The translations under genes and the position numbers were made by a program. This document shows, one piece after another, positions 9,803 to 17,045 of a stretch of 59,069 nucleotides of DNA (the first letter of the stretch is position 1; every line of letters starts with the position of its first letter). Source of the stretch: an uncultured Thermotogae bacterium. GTDB taxonomy: Bacteria > Bipolaricaulota > Bipolaricaulia > UBA7950 > UBA9294. The DNA lies in NCBI GenBank assembly GCA_964582975.1, contig CAZOUO010000001.1, forward strand, positions 1 through 59,069, read 5' to 3'. The notes under the pieces are model-generated. The model saw only the letters and a list, made by a program, of their open reading frames with translations, did not search any database and was not told the DNA's origin.

Positions 9803-9829
9803 GGGGCACCTCGCAAGTGATTACATTTG

Positions 9830-10174
9830 TCACAACACCTTGCGGATCTTCTCCAAGGTGGCCTTGGCCTCGGGAGCAAAGCCGAAGAACTTCTCCAGTT
9901 CCTGGCAAGCATAGTCGCTGCAATGAGCGCAATTTCGAACCTTTTTCTCGGTCCCACAGGCACGGATCTTGCACTCGCGACAATAGGAGCAATGGCGATC
10001 CGTGGTGGAAAGACAGCCATCGCAGAGACAGTCTTCCGCAGCAAGTGACGTGTTGAATTCCTTGCTCCATTGCTCGGCGACCTGTTTCAACGCCTCCTGG
10101 TCGTCCTTCTGCGTGGCAATGAAGGCCGGGCACTCTGTGCACACAAGGCCGCAGTAAGCGATCATTTTTTCCAT
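9830..10174 (-). CDS. DUF3795 domain-containing Cys-rich (probable Zn/Fe-S) protein
   Basis: 114 aa starting MEKMIAYCGLVCTECPAF, with further CxxC clusters, as in DUF3795. AAGGAGG precedes the ATG. Confidence 0.7.
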   Translation of the reverse strand: MEKMIAYCGLVCTECPAFIATQKDDQEALKQVAEQWSKEFNTSLAAEDCLCDGCLSTTDRHCSYCRECKIRACGTEKKVRNCAHCSDYACQELEKFFGFAPEAKATLEKIRKVL

Positions 10175-10339
10175 TGACTACCTCCTTGACCTTCATAGTA
10201 TCACATTCGTGTCTCTTTGGAGCTAGTGCGCAGGCTCTGCGCGAAGGAGTTGGTCAGCTGTGGGTTCCAAGCGGCCTACTTGGGTACTGTTGTTGAAACT
10301 TGGCCTGGTATGTTTCCGGCTTGGATCCCCAAGGAGGCC

Positions 10340-11641
10340 CTAGGGTTGCTCAGATAGATCTTGCACCACAGTGTCTCGATACGAGGAGGGGATGTCGAGT
10401 TGTTCCAGGCCGAATTCCTCTTTCGCGATCGTCATCAGAACCTCTGAAGGTGCCGCATGTGGTGACATGGCGTAAACGCGCTCCTTGAACACCTTGGTGA
10501 TCCCCTTGGCCACGGATGGCTCGATCTTGAAGTACTTGATCTCCTTTAAGAAGTAATAGATCACATTCCACCCGCTCAAAGGACCAAGGAGGATCTCCGA
10601 CTCGGTAACCCCGAATTGATCGAGCGGATGGGCCTCATAGGTGGCAGCATTGTTCAAGACGGCCTTTTGGTGGACACCGGCGGTGTGGGTCCGGTTAGTG
10701 AGGCTGACCGGTTCTTTATCGTTGACCAGCATGTTCAGCTTGGAGGCGAGCAGCATATTGATCGGGTAGGACTCGCATAGGTGATACCCTTCTAGAAGGC
10801 TGAATTGTCGCTCAATGTGCAGGTTGAATAAAAAGGCGGTCATCGAGGTGATGCCGGATCGTTCGCCAATACCCAGCACGGTGGTGTCGATGTAGTGCAT
10901 GCCGGCCTTCGCCGCTTCTAATGCGTTCACCAATGAGAAACCACGGTCATCGTGAAAGTGGCCCTCCCATTCTTGATTTGGGTAACGCATCTGTAAGCTG
11001 TTCAGCCTTTGACGGACCACGGCTGGCGTCGCGACACCGACGGTATCAGGAATGCCCACCCGATCAACAAGCGGCACGATCTCGTCATACACACGGTACA
11101 GATCCCGTTCATTCGTGCGAAAGGCATCCTCACCGCTGAACCGTAAGATAAGATGCGGATAATCGCCCCTCAGCTGCTCGATAAGGGACCGCGCATCGCG
11201 CACGATCGCATCCAGGGCTTTGCCGTGACTGTGCTGGCGGGCGTGCACAGAGAGCCCGAAGAAGAGGTTGAGTCCGTCGAATCCTGCCTCGGCGGCCGAA
11301 GCGATGTCCTCAGGATGACAACGGACGTGCGCCAGCAGGAAGGTGTATCCCTTCTGAGTGATCATGGCATCACGTGTTTCCTTAATGGCTGCCAGGTCAT
11401 CGAGTTCTTGTGGGCTGACCGTCGGGGCAAACAGTTCAACGAATTTGACGCCGTAGATGATCAGCGCGCGCAAAAGTTCGACCTTGTCATCTTGGGTGAA
11501 GAAGTACTTGCCGTAGTCGTGCAGCAGAGAGCTCTGCGCCCCCTCGCGCAAGGTGGTATCGATAATCTCCAAGGAGCGAGGGTTGTATTGGGCAAATCGA
11601 GAAGCCTTTCTAGACAAGATAATCGACTCTCCTTTCTGCAT
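10340..11641 (-). CDS. DRE-TIM metallolyase family synthase (homocitrate synthase / 2-isopropylmalate synthase-like)
   Basis: 433 aa containing EIIDTTLREGAQ, HFHDDRGFSLVNALEAAKAG and LGIGERSGI, the hallmark motifs of the HMGL-like/LeuA/NifV/HCS family. It lies immediately downstream of lysW. The REGAQ variant of the usual RDGEQ is noted. Confidence 0.75.
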   Translation of the reverse strand: MQKGESIILSRKASRFAQYNPRSLEIIDTTLREGAQSSLLHDYGKYFFTQDDKVELLRALIIYGVKFVELFAPTVSPQELDDLAAIKETRDAMITQKGYTFLLAHVRCHPEDIASAAEAGFDGLNLFFGLSVHARQHSHGKALDAIVRDARSLIEQLRGDYPHLILRFSGEDAFRTNERDLYRVYDEIVPLVDRVGIPDTVGVATPAVVRQRLNSLQMRYPNQEWEGHFHDDRGFSLVNALEAAKAGMHYIDTTVLGIGERSGITSMTAFLFNLHIERQFSLLEGYHLCESYPINMLLASKLNMLVNDKEPVSLTNRTHTAGVHQKAVLNNAATYEAHPLDQFGVTESEILLGPLSGWNVIYYFLKEIKYFKIEPSVAKGITKVFKERVYAMSPHAAPSEVLMTIAKEEFGLEQLDIPSSYRDTVVQDLSEQP

Positions 11642-11758
11642 TCACCTTTCGTAGCCTCCTCTAGTAGGCCAATCTGAGGAAATCCGACTGCGTATCTGCT
11701 CAGGTTCGGCCTCAATGCGCCGTCGAGTTCTCGGTCAGTGTTCGTACCGATGTTGTCC

Positions 11759-11932
11759 TCACTCTTCCCAGTGTTCCTCTTCCTCAGGCGCTAGTTCGAG
11801 TGCGAGAGGCCCCGGAACGCGTACGACCAGCTCTACCCAGCAGTAAGGGCATTGCACGATTGCACCTTGCTGAATCTCCCTCGCCAGCGAGATATCAGCG
11901 GCACATTCGGGACAAGATCCTTTTCGCCACAT
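11759..11932 (-). CDS. lysW: Amino-group carrier protein LysW (alpha-aminoadipate/glutamate carrier)
   Basis: Start ATG 11932 (GGAGGAAG upstream). The 57-aa product MWRKGSCPECAADISLAREIQQGAIVQCPYCWVELVVRVPGPLALELAPEEEEHWEE has a CPxC...CPxC zinc ribbon and an acidic C-terminal tail ending in Glu, as in Thermus/Sulfolobus LysW. Confidence 0.8.
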   Translation of the reverse strand: MWRKGSCPECAADISLAREIQQGAIVQCPYCWVELVVRVPGPLALELAPEEEEHWEE

Positions 11933-11965
11933 GCTCTTCCTCCTTGAGGCGGTTGTATTCCAGTA

Positions 11966-12010
11966 CCAACAATAATTGCCGGCGTTCCGTTTGGTCTGGA
12001 ACGCCGGCAA
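11966..12010 (-). terminator. Attenuator/terminator hairpin 2 in the lysW leader
   Basis: On the minus strand, TTGCCGGCGTTCC-AGACCAAAC-GGAACGCCGGCAA forms a perfect 13-bp stem and is followed by TTATTGTTGG. It lies 34 nt upstream of the lysW ATG and directly after a Lys-codon-rich short ORF. Confidence 0.5.
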
Positions 12011-12038
12011 CCTTTCCTGGCTTAGTGAAAGGCCTACC

Positions 12039-12119
12039 CTATCCAGACCCAGCGTCTGGCTTCCAGCAGGCCTTCTTCTTGGATGTCACAATCCCAACCT
12101 GTCCGATTGTCGTCTGCAT
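12039..12119 (-). CDS. Candidate leader peptide 2 (26 aa, KKK run)
   Basis: The ORF ATG...TAG encodes MQTTIGQVGIVTSKKKACWKPDAGSG, with AAG AAG AAG plus a fourth AAG. A weak purine-rich SD (GAGAGAAG) lies upstream. It is followed by terminator hairpin 2. Confidence 0.45.
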   Translation of the reverse strand: MQTTIGQVGIVTSKKKACWKPDAGSG

Positions 12120-12181
12120 GTTGACTTCTCTCTTACCCGTTGCTTTTGTTCCCAGATTCCTACTCGCTCTTTGACTCTCTC

Positions 12182-12219
12182 AAAAAAAATGGACCCTCGT
12201 TTTCTTGGGTCTGAGGGTC
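12182..12219 (-). terminator. Intrinsic terminator/attenuator hairpin 1 in the lysW leader
   Basis: On the minus strand, GACCCTC-(14-nt loop)-GAGGGTC is followed by CA and T8. It sits inside a divergent intergenic region, so it cannot be the 3' end of a conventional gene. Confidence 0.55.
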
Positions 12220-12253
12220 GCTTTTGTCTTCGCGCACTAGGAAAAGTGTTTAC

Positions 12254-12322
12254 CTAGCCAGACCCGAAGGCCGGCTTCTTTGCCTCCTCCTTTGGTACGC
12301 TTCTTCGCCGATTTTGAATCAA
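12254..12322 (-). CDS. Candidate leader peptide 1 (22 aa, RRR and KK runs)
   Basis: AGGAG, 6 nt, then a TTG start. The product MIQNRRRSVPKEEAKKPAFGSG has the same K-P-x-x-G-S-G-stop ending as leader peptide 2. It is followed by terminator hairpin 1. Confidence 0.35.
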   Translation of the reverse strand: MIQNRRRSVPKEEAKKPAFGSG

Positions 12323-12357
12323 CCCACACTCCTAGAAAACACACTGATGTTAAGAGG

Positions 12358-12386
12358 ATACTATCCTAGTTGAGGAGTGTTGTCAA
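12358..12386 (-). promoter_or_regulatory. Sigma70-type promoter for the lysW leader transcript
   Basis: On the minus strand: TTGACA (12386-12381), a 17-nt spacer, then TAGTAT (12363-12358). The predicted start is near 12351. Confidence 0.5.
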
Positions 12387-12516
12387 GATTTTTGTCGGCT
12401 ATGAAGGGATTGGCCGCTGGCACCCTGACTTCACAGTTGTATTGTGCTTTGCGCACCTTCCGTGTCATGTGCAAAGCGAGGACGTATGCTTTCGGACCCA
12501 CCGTGTAGGAGAGGGT

Positions 12517-13563
12517 ATGCAGGTCTCAAAACAAGAGCGATTGCTGATGAGACACCTTTTGCTTTCCCTGTTCTTGGGGTTGAGCCTCTTGTTGACAGGC
12601 TGTTTCTTGATGCCCAACACACCGCCTGTCGCACAATTTCAGACCATTCCTTCGGGGGGAGACGCGCCACTCACGATTCAGTTTGACGCGCAAAGCTCCT
12701 ATGATCCAGATGGGCACATCGTGTCTTACATGTGGAGCTTTGGGGATGGGCAAAGTGGGGTCGGCACAGTGGTGTCCCATCACTACATCGCGCCAGGGGT
12801 CTACACGATCACTCTAACGGTTGAAGACAATCGCGGAGATGTCGATAACTCTGATACTGTCCTTTTTGTCAGCGATCCAGGGGACTTTTCCCGCCAGTAT
12901 CAGTGGCAGTACGGCGGACAGACGTGGTATTGGAACGTGGCCATTCCCAAGTGGCTCTACTACGAATACCGCCAGCGCGCACGCAGGCCGTGGGGCTCCC
13001 GTGATTACGATGATTACGTTTTGGACGCACTTGACGATGAGACCATGCGAGGTCTGGGGCAGACCATTCAAGACGCCATGGGAGGGGACTACTACGCGAC
13101 CGTCGAGTGTGCGTTCCATTTCGTCCAAGCTGCCGTTGTCTACGTGCACGATCCGAGTGGATTTGAGTATCCCCGCTATCCGATCGAGAGCCTCGTTGAT
13201 GAGATCGGAGATTGCGAAGATTCCGCTATCCTCTATGCCAGTCTGGTCAGAACCCTAGGGTACGGAGCATTAATCTCCGCGGTGGATACCGATGGTGATG
13301 GCAAAGCAGATCACATGGTCGCTCTCGTACCGATTCACGAGTCGTATTCGGAGGCGATCAGCTGCGGGCCAGGGCGCTCTCCGAGCTTCTGGTGGTATGG
13401 GGGCCAGCTTTATGCCCTCGCCGAGACAACCGGAGATCCGCCAGGGTATTATCAACTGGGATGCGATCCTTGGGGGCTCGGCGCAATGGATTTCGTTCAA
13501 ATATGGGACGTGGCGCGGATAGATACATCGCCGCGAGTCAAAAAGTTTATCCTTCCGGAATAG
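12517..13563 (+). CDS. Lipoprotein with PKD domain and C-terminal transglutaminase-like cysteine-protease core
   Basis: Start ATG 12517 (TAGGAGAGGG upstream). It has the lipobox LLLTGC. The PKD signature is DPDGHIVSYMWSFGDG...YTITLTVEDNRG. The later GDCEDSAILYASLVRTLGY ... DHMVALV resembles the Cys/His of a transglutaminase-like core. Confidence 0.7.
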   Translation: MQVSKQERLLMRHLLLSLFLGLSLLLTGCFLMPNTPPVAQFQTIPSGGDAPLTIQFDAQSSYDPDGHIVSYMWSFGDGQSGVGTVVSHHYIAPGVYTITLTVEDNRGDVDNSDTVLFVSDPGDFSRQYQWQYGGQTWYWNVAIPKWLYYEYRQRARRPWGSRDYDDYVLDALDDETMRGLGQTIQDAMGGDYYATVECAFHFVQAAVVYVHDPSGFEYPRYPIESLVDEIGDCEDSAILYASLVRTLGYGALISAVDTDGDGKADHMVALVPIHESYSEAISCGPGRSPSFWWYGGQLYALAETTGDPPGYYQLGCDPWGLGAMDFVQIWDVARIDTSPRVKKFILPE

Positions 13564-13878
13564 ACTTCAGGATGATAGTGAGTTCTCCAAGTACGGGCTA
13601 TACAAGCCCGATCAGGTAAACTAACACAGCCACTCCTACTACGATCAAAAGGATCAACCACCAGGGAATATCGGCTTCCACAAGACACCTCCTTTTCCCT
13701 GCGCCAATATAGAGGGCGAAGGATGTCCCAACCAAATTCATCGTCGAAGCGCTCATCAAAACCCACACGACGCCCACATCACGCTCATAGTGACTTCACA
13801 AACGAAATGTAGGCTGAAAGTGATCAAGATCAAAGCGTTGTACCTCCTTACCAACGCACCAGCCCACTAGATCAAGAG

Positions 13879-13906
13879 GGGCCCGAAAAGGGCCCTTCCT
13901 TTTTTC
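13879..13906 (+). terminator. Rho-independent terminator-like hairpin
   Basis: GGGCCC-GAAAA-GGGCCC is followed by TTCCTTTTTTC on the + strand, with an A-tract on the other side. It could serve the PKD gene transcript and, less well, the convergent minus-strand gene. Confidence 0.5.
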
Positions 13907-13981
13907 ACTTTGACTCAGATTGTTTATCGAAAGCGCCTCAACTCCGAACTAAACTTGAGCCCGGGCATCATCTTCGAGATG

Positions 13982-14638
13982 TTAGGTGTTGGATGCCGAT
14001 TCAAGGTCCGCGATATGCTCGACCCCTTCATGTTCAAGGGAGACCATCCAAAGGTACCAGCCTGCCGGCATCGCCAGCTCGGTGCCATCAGGCAGGTGCC
14101 ATTTGTAGGTCTTGGTGTTTTCGAGGCGCTCGGGTGTGACAAGCTGGGGCTGGGTAAACATCAAGTGAAGGGACGTTGCCACGTCGCAGGTAAGGTTTTG
14201 AATCTGAGCCCACGGTTGCGTTGCGTGCGTGGTTGCTTGGTAGGCATTGAAGGCGTCCACACTGGCGAAATCCTTGGTTTGACCATTGGGACCCACGTAC
14301 CCGGAGAGATTCATGATCTGAGGCCACTCAACACCGGCCACGATCTCGCCGAGCGCAACGAGGGTCCAACGCTCCCATTCTGCGATGTGTGCCACCATCT
14401 GGCCAATGGTGCGGCCGTCAGAGCTGATCCGTTTTGCAGCCTGTTCGCTGATAGTACGAACAACGGCGAGATAGTGCGTCAAAACCTCGGTATGGAGTGC
14501 GCTGAGAAGGATGTGGCGGTCAAGTGGAGACCGGCGGACGATGCTCACCAGCTGTCTGTAAAACGCATCCCTTCCCAGCATGGTCCCTCTCGTGCGGACT
14601 AAGGGCCCATCCCGCGGCACGGTCTCGCCCTGCTTCAA
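13982..14638 (-). CDS. DinB/ClbS(DfsB)-like four-helix-bundle protein
   Basis: 218-aa ORF (TTG start; an alternative ATG at 14581 has a better SD). The stretch IGQMVAHIAEWERWTLVAL resembles the His-containing helix of DinB-superfamily/DUF1706 proteins. This is recognition from memory only. Confidence 0.45.
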   Translation of the reverse strand: MKQGETVPRDGPLVRTRGTMLGRDAFYRQLVSIVRRSPLDRHILLSALHTEVLTHYLAVVRTISEQAAKRISSDGRTIGQMVAHIAEWERWTLVALGEIVAGVEWPQIMNLSGYVGPNGQTKDFASVDAFNAYQATTHATQPWAQIQNLTCDVATSLHLMFTQPQLVTPERLENTKTYKWHLPDGTELAMPAGWYLWMVSLEHEGVEHIADLESASNT

Positions 14639-14744
14639 ATGGAGTCAGTCCTTAACCGCGCCTATCCAGCGGGTCAATACTGGATCGTGAGCATAGCCTG
14701 CCGGTACCGTGTTGTGCTCTCGTTACCTCACCCCAAGGCCGGAT

Positions 14745-15782
14745 CTATCTAGAAGCTGACCGCCAGTAGTCCGGGTTGTTGATGTGGATGCGAATCTGGT
14801 CGTACCCTCGGCCAGCGCAGGCACCCATTACGGAGAGCGTGATGTGGGCGTCTTCTCCGCCACAGCGATCGCTCATCGGTGCGTGCCAGATTGGATTCAG
14901 GGATGTGGGGTCATCGAACCAACCCTTATCCGCTGTCCACATGAAACACACAGTATGACAACCTGGATTGCTCACACTGCCGTGGAACTGAACCGAGCCA
15001 CCTTCATTGACGGCCGCTGGATAGTGTCGGTTGATAAGTGGTGTCGGGCTGACCCCTGGAGGACACGGGGTTGATACTCCGACGGACCAGGGAAAGCCGA
15101 ATGCCGGTCCGCACGGCAACTCTTCGCACGGCGAGCAGAGTGGCTCGCAAACACACGGCCGCACGAGCGTTTCACAGGGCTCCGGTGGACTGATGTGGGG
15201 CACACAAGGGATCTCGCAGGGGAGCGGCTCCGGCTCACACCGCTTGACCGGCCTTGTTGGTGGGCAGGGCGCCTCACACGGCCGTGGCTGACATTCACAC
15301 GTCCCCCAGGTCGTTGCTAGGGGAGGACACCGGATCGGGTCGCCGCTCACGTGCACCCACATGTGATCGGTCGTGCTGATACCTTGCGCGTTGGTCACAG
15401 TGAGAGTGAGCTTTATGCACTCTTCGCAGCCGCAAATAATCGGGGCCGTGTAGAGAGGTTGCAGCTGATGGGAATCATCGAAGGTTCCTCGTCCACCTTC
15501 GGCGCTCCAGTAGTAGGTAACCGTACCGCCGCTTGGATCGTATCCTTCTCCATTCAGCCGAACGGTCTCGTACTCATCGAGTCTAAGATTTTGGCCCGCG
15601 CTCGCGACCGGTGGGGCACCGGCATAGGCGGCGTGACTGACTCGGGAGACCTCCGAGACCTGAGTAGGGGGCGACGTAGTAGAGACTGCCGGCGTTTCCA
15701 CTTCAGGAGTTGCCGGGAGAAGAAGAACAAGTGCCAAGCCGACTGCCAGTATTCCGATAATCCAGATCGAGGATCCGTTCAT
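14745..15782 (-). CDS. Membrane-anchored/secreted protein with two Ig/PKD-like modules flanking a Cys/Pro/Glu-rich spacer
   Basis: AAGGAGGTG precedes the ATG. It has an N-terminal TM/signal sequence (IWIIGILAVGLALVLLL). Two modules share features (YDPSGGTVTYYWSAEGG... and CFMWTADKGWFDD...). The central ~70 aa are of PC(E)xPC type. Confidence 0.6.
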   Translation of the reverse strand: MNGSSIWIIGILAVGLALVLLLPATPEVETPAVSTTSPPTQVSEVSRVSHAAYAGAPPVASAGQNLRLDEYETVRLNGEGYDPSGGTVTYYWSAEGGRGTFDDSHQLQPLYTAPIICGCEECIKLTLTVTNAQGISTTDHMWVHVSGDPIRCPPLATTWGTCECQPRPCEAPCPPTRPVKRCEPEPLPCEIPCVPHISPPEPCETLVRPCVCEPLCSPCEELPCGPAFGFPWSVGVSTPCPPGVSPTPLINRHYPAAVNEGGSVQFHGSVSNPGCHTVCFMWTADKGWFDDPTSLNPIWHAPMSDRCGGEDAHITLSVMGACAGRGYDQIRIHINNPDYWRSASR

Positions 15783-16007
15783 TCCAGAACACCTCCTTGA
15801 TGTAGCCCCCTCTGGAACCCGGCTCTTGGAATCCGTTTCCCGCCAGACGTGTTACCCTCCTAACGTCATCCGGCATCGAACGGATCGTATTAGACTACCC
15901 CTAACTGGGGGCAAAGTCAACTGGATTATGTGATGAACATCACGTTGAGAACTGCATTTTCCGAGCACACGGTGGCAAAAGAACCATGGCTAGTGCTCAG
16001 CGATTGC

Positions 16008-17045
16008 CTAAAGGAAAAGGCTCGCCCACCTGTAGCCATAACCCGAGAGCAAGGCACCAACTAAGCCGAGACCAAAGTATAGGAGGAACACGCGTCGGTT
16101 GACGACTCCCCACACGGCTGCCATTGCCGGAAGCGTCGTGATCGGTCCGGCGATGAGGAACGCGAGCGCTGCGCCTGGATCCATTCCCTGCTGCAGCAGT
16201 CCTCCGATGAGAGGCATCGCCATCAGATTGCCGGTGTACACAGGTATGCCGACAAGCGCAGCCAGCGCTGGAGCGAACAAGCTGCCTGAGCTGAGCGAGC
16301 GGATGATCCACTCCTGCGGCACGTAGAACCTGATCAGCGCCTCAAGCACGAATGCGAGCAGCATGAATTTCGCCACCCGGCCGCTTGCAGACAGGATCTC
16401 CTGTGATACGTGCTTCCAGCCCCACCGCTTACTTGATCGCGAACTGTCACAGCCACCGGCGGATTCGCAAAAGCAGGAAAAAGTACACCCGCACCCTGAT
16501 TCCACCGGTGAGGGCTGTTTCTGAGAAGAATCCCACCGTTCTTTCAGCCACGTCGCTGTGCTTCGCAAAAACGATCGTGCAGAAGGGGTTTTTGTTGCGC
16601 CCATGCGGACAACTTCCTTGCCCAGATATCCCCGGTTGATGAGCCACAACGTCAGAAGTCCTCCACCAAGGCTGACCAAGAGCGTTGCCACCATCCGTGC
16701 CACAGCTACATTCCACCCCAGCACAGAGACACTGAGGAAGAAGATTTCGGGATCCATTGTCGGTGAGGCGAGCCAAAACGACATGACCGGCGCAATCGGT
16801 ACCCCAGCGATCAACATCGAAGCGATCACCGGGATCACCGTGCAGGAGCAAAACGGGCCGAACGCTCCTGCAGCAGTGGCTAGAAGGACCGCAACTATCG
16901 GCCGGGCCATGAACGCACCCCGCAACCGCTCTCCCAGTCCTGACAATCGAAGAATCACCGCAAACGGCACACTGAACAAAAGAAACGGCCAAATGCGAAG
17001 AAGATTCTGCCAGACAAACTCAGCTATTTGAGACAGATGATCCAA
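16008..17045 (-). CDS. UPF0718/ArsP-like permease (putative organoarsenical/metal(loid) efflux permease)
   Basis: 345 aa with a TTG start and GAGGAGG upstream. It contains GAFGPFCSCTVIPV, the vicinal Cys motif typical of the ArsP/DUF318 permease family. It lies downstream of an ArsR regulator. An extra cytoplasmic loop reads GCGCTFSCFCESAGGCDSS. Confidence 0.75.
   Translation of the reverse strand: MDHLSQIAEFVWQNLLRIWPFLLFSVPFAVILRLSGLGERLRGAFMARPIVAVLLATAAGAFGPFCSCTVIPVIASMLIAGVPIAPVMSFWLASPTMDPEIFFLSVSVLGWNVAVARMVATLLVSLGGGLLTLWLINRGYLGKEVVRMGATKTPSARSFLRSTATWLKERWDSSQKQPSPVESGCGCTFSCFCESAGGCDSSRSSKRWGWKHVSQEILSASGRVAKFMLLAFVLEALIRFYVPQEWIIRSLSSGSLFAPALAALVGIPVYTGNLMAMPLIGGLLQQGMDPGAALAFLIAGPITTLPAMAAVWGVVNRRVFLLYFGLGLVGALLSGYGYRWASLFL

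Noticed and set aside
12182-12352. Possibility that the structured RNA upstream of lysW is a lysine (L-box) riboswitch or a T-box.
   Set aside because: I looked for the L-box core elements (AGAGGUGC, GGCGCCGAAG, ACUGUCA) and the T-box sequence (GGGUGGNACCGCG) and found none. The element is also too short for a five-way-junction L-box. The leader-peptide reading fits better. A cmsearch is still needed.
13497-13766. 89-aa minus-strand ORF overlapping the 3' end of the PKD lipoprotein gene.
   Set aside because: It overlaps a well-supported gene, has no SD and its composition is implausible. The short TM ORF in another frame (13598-13681) is the better candidate in this interval.
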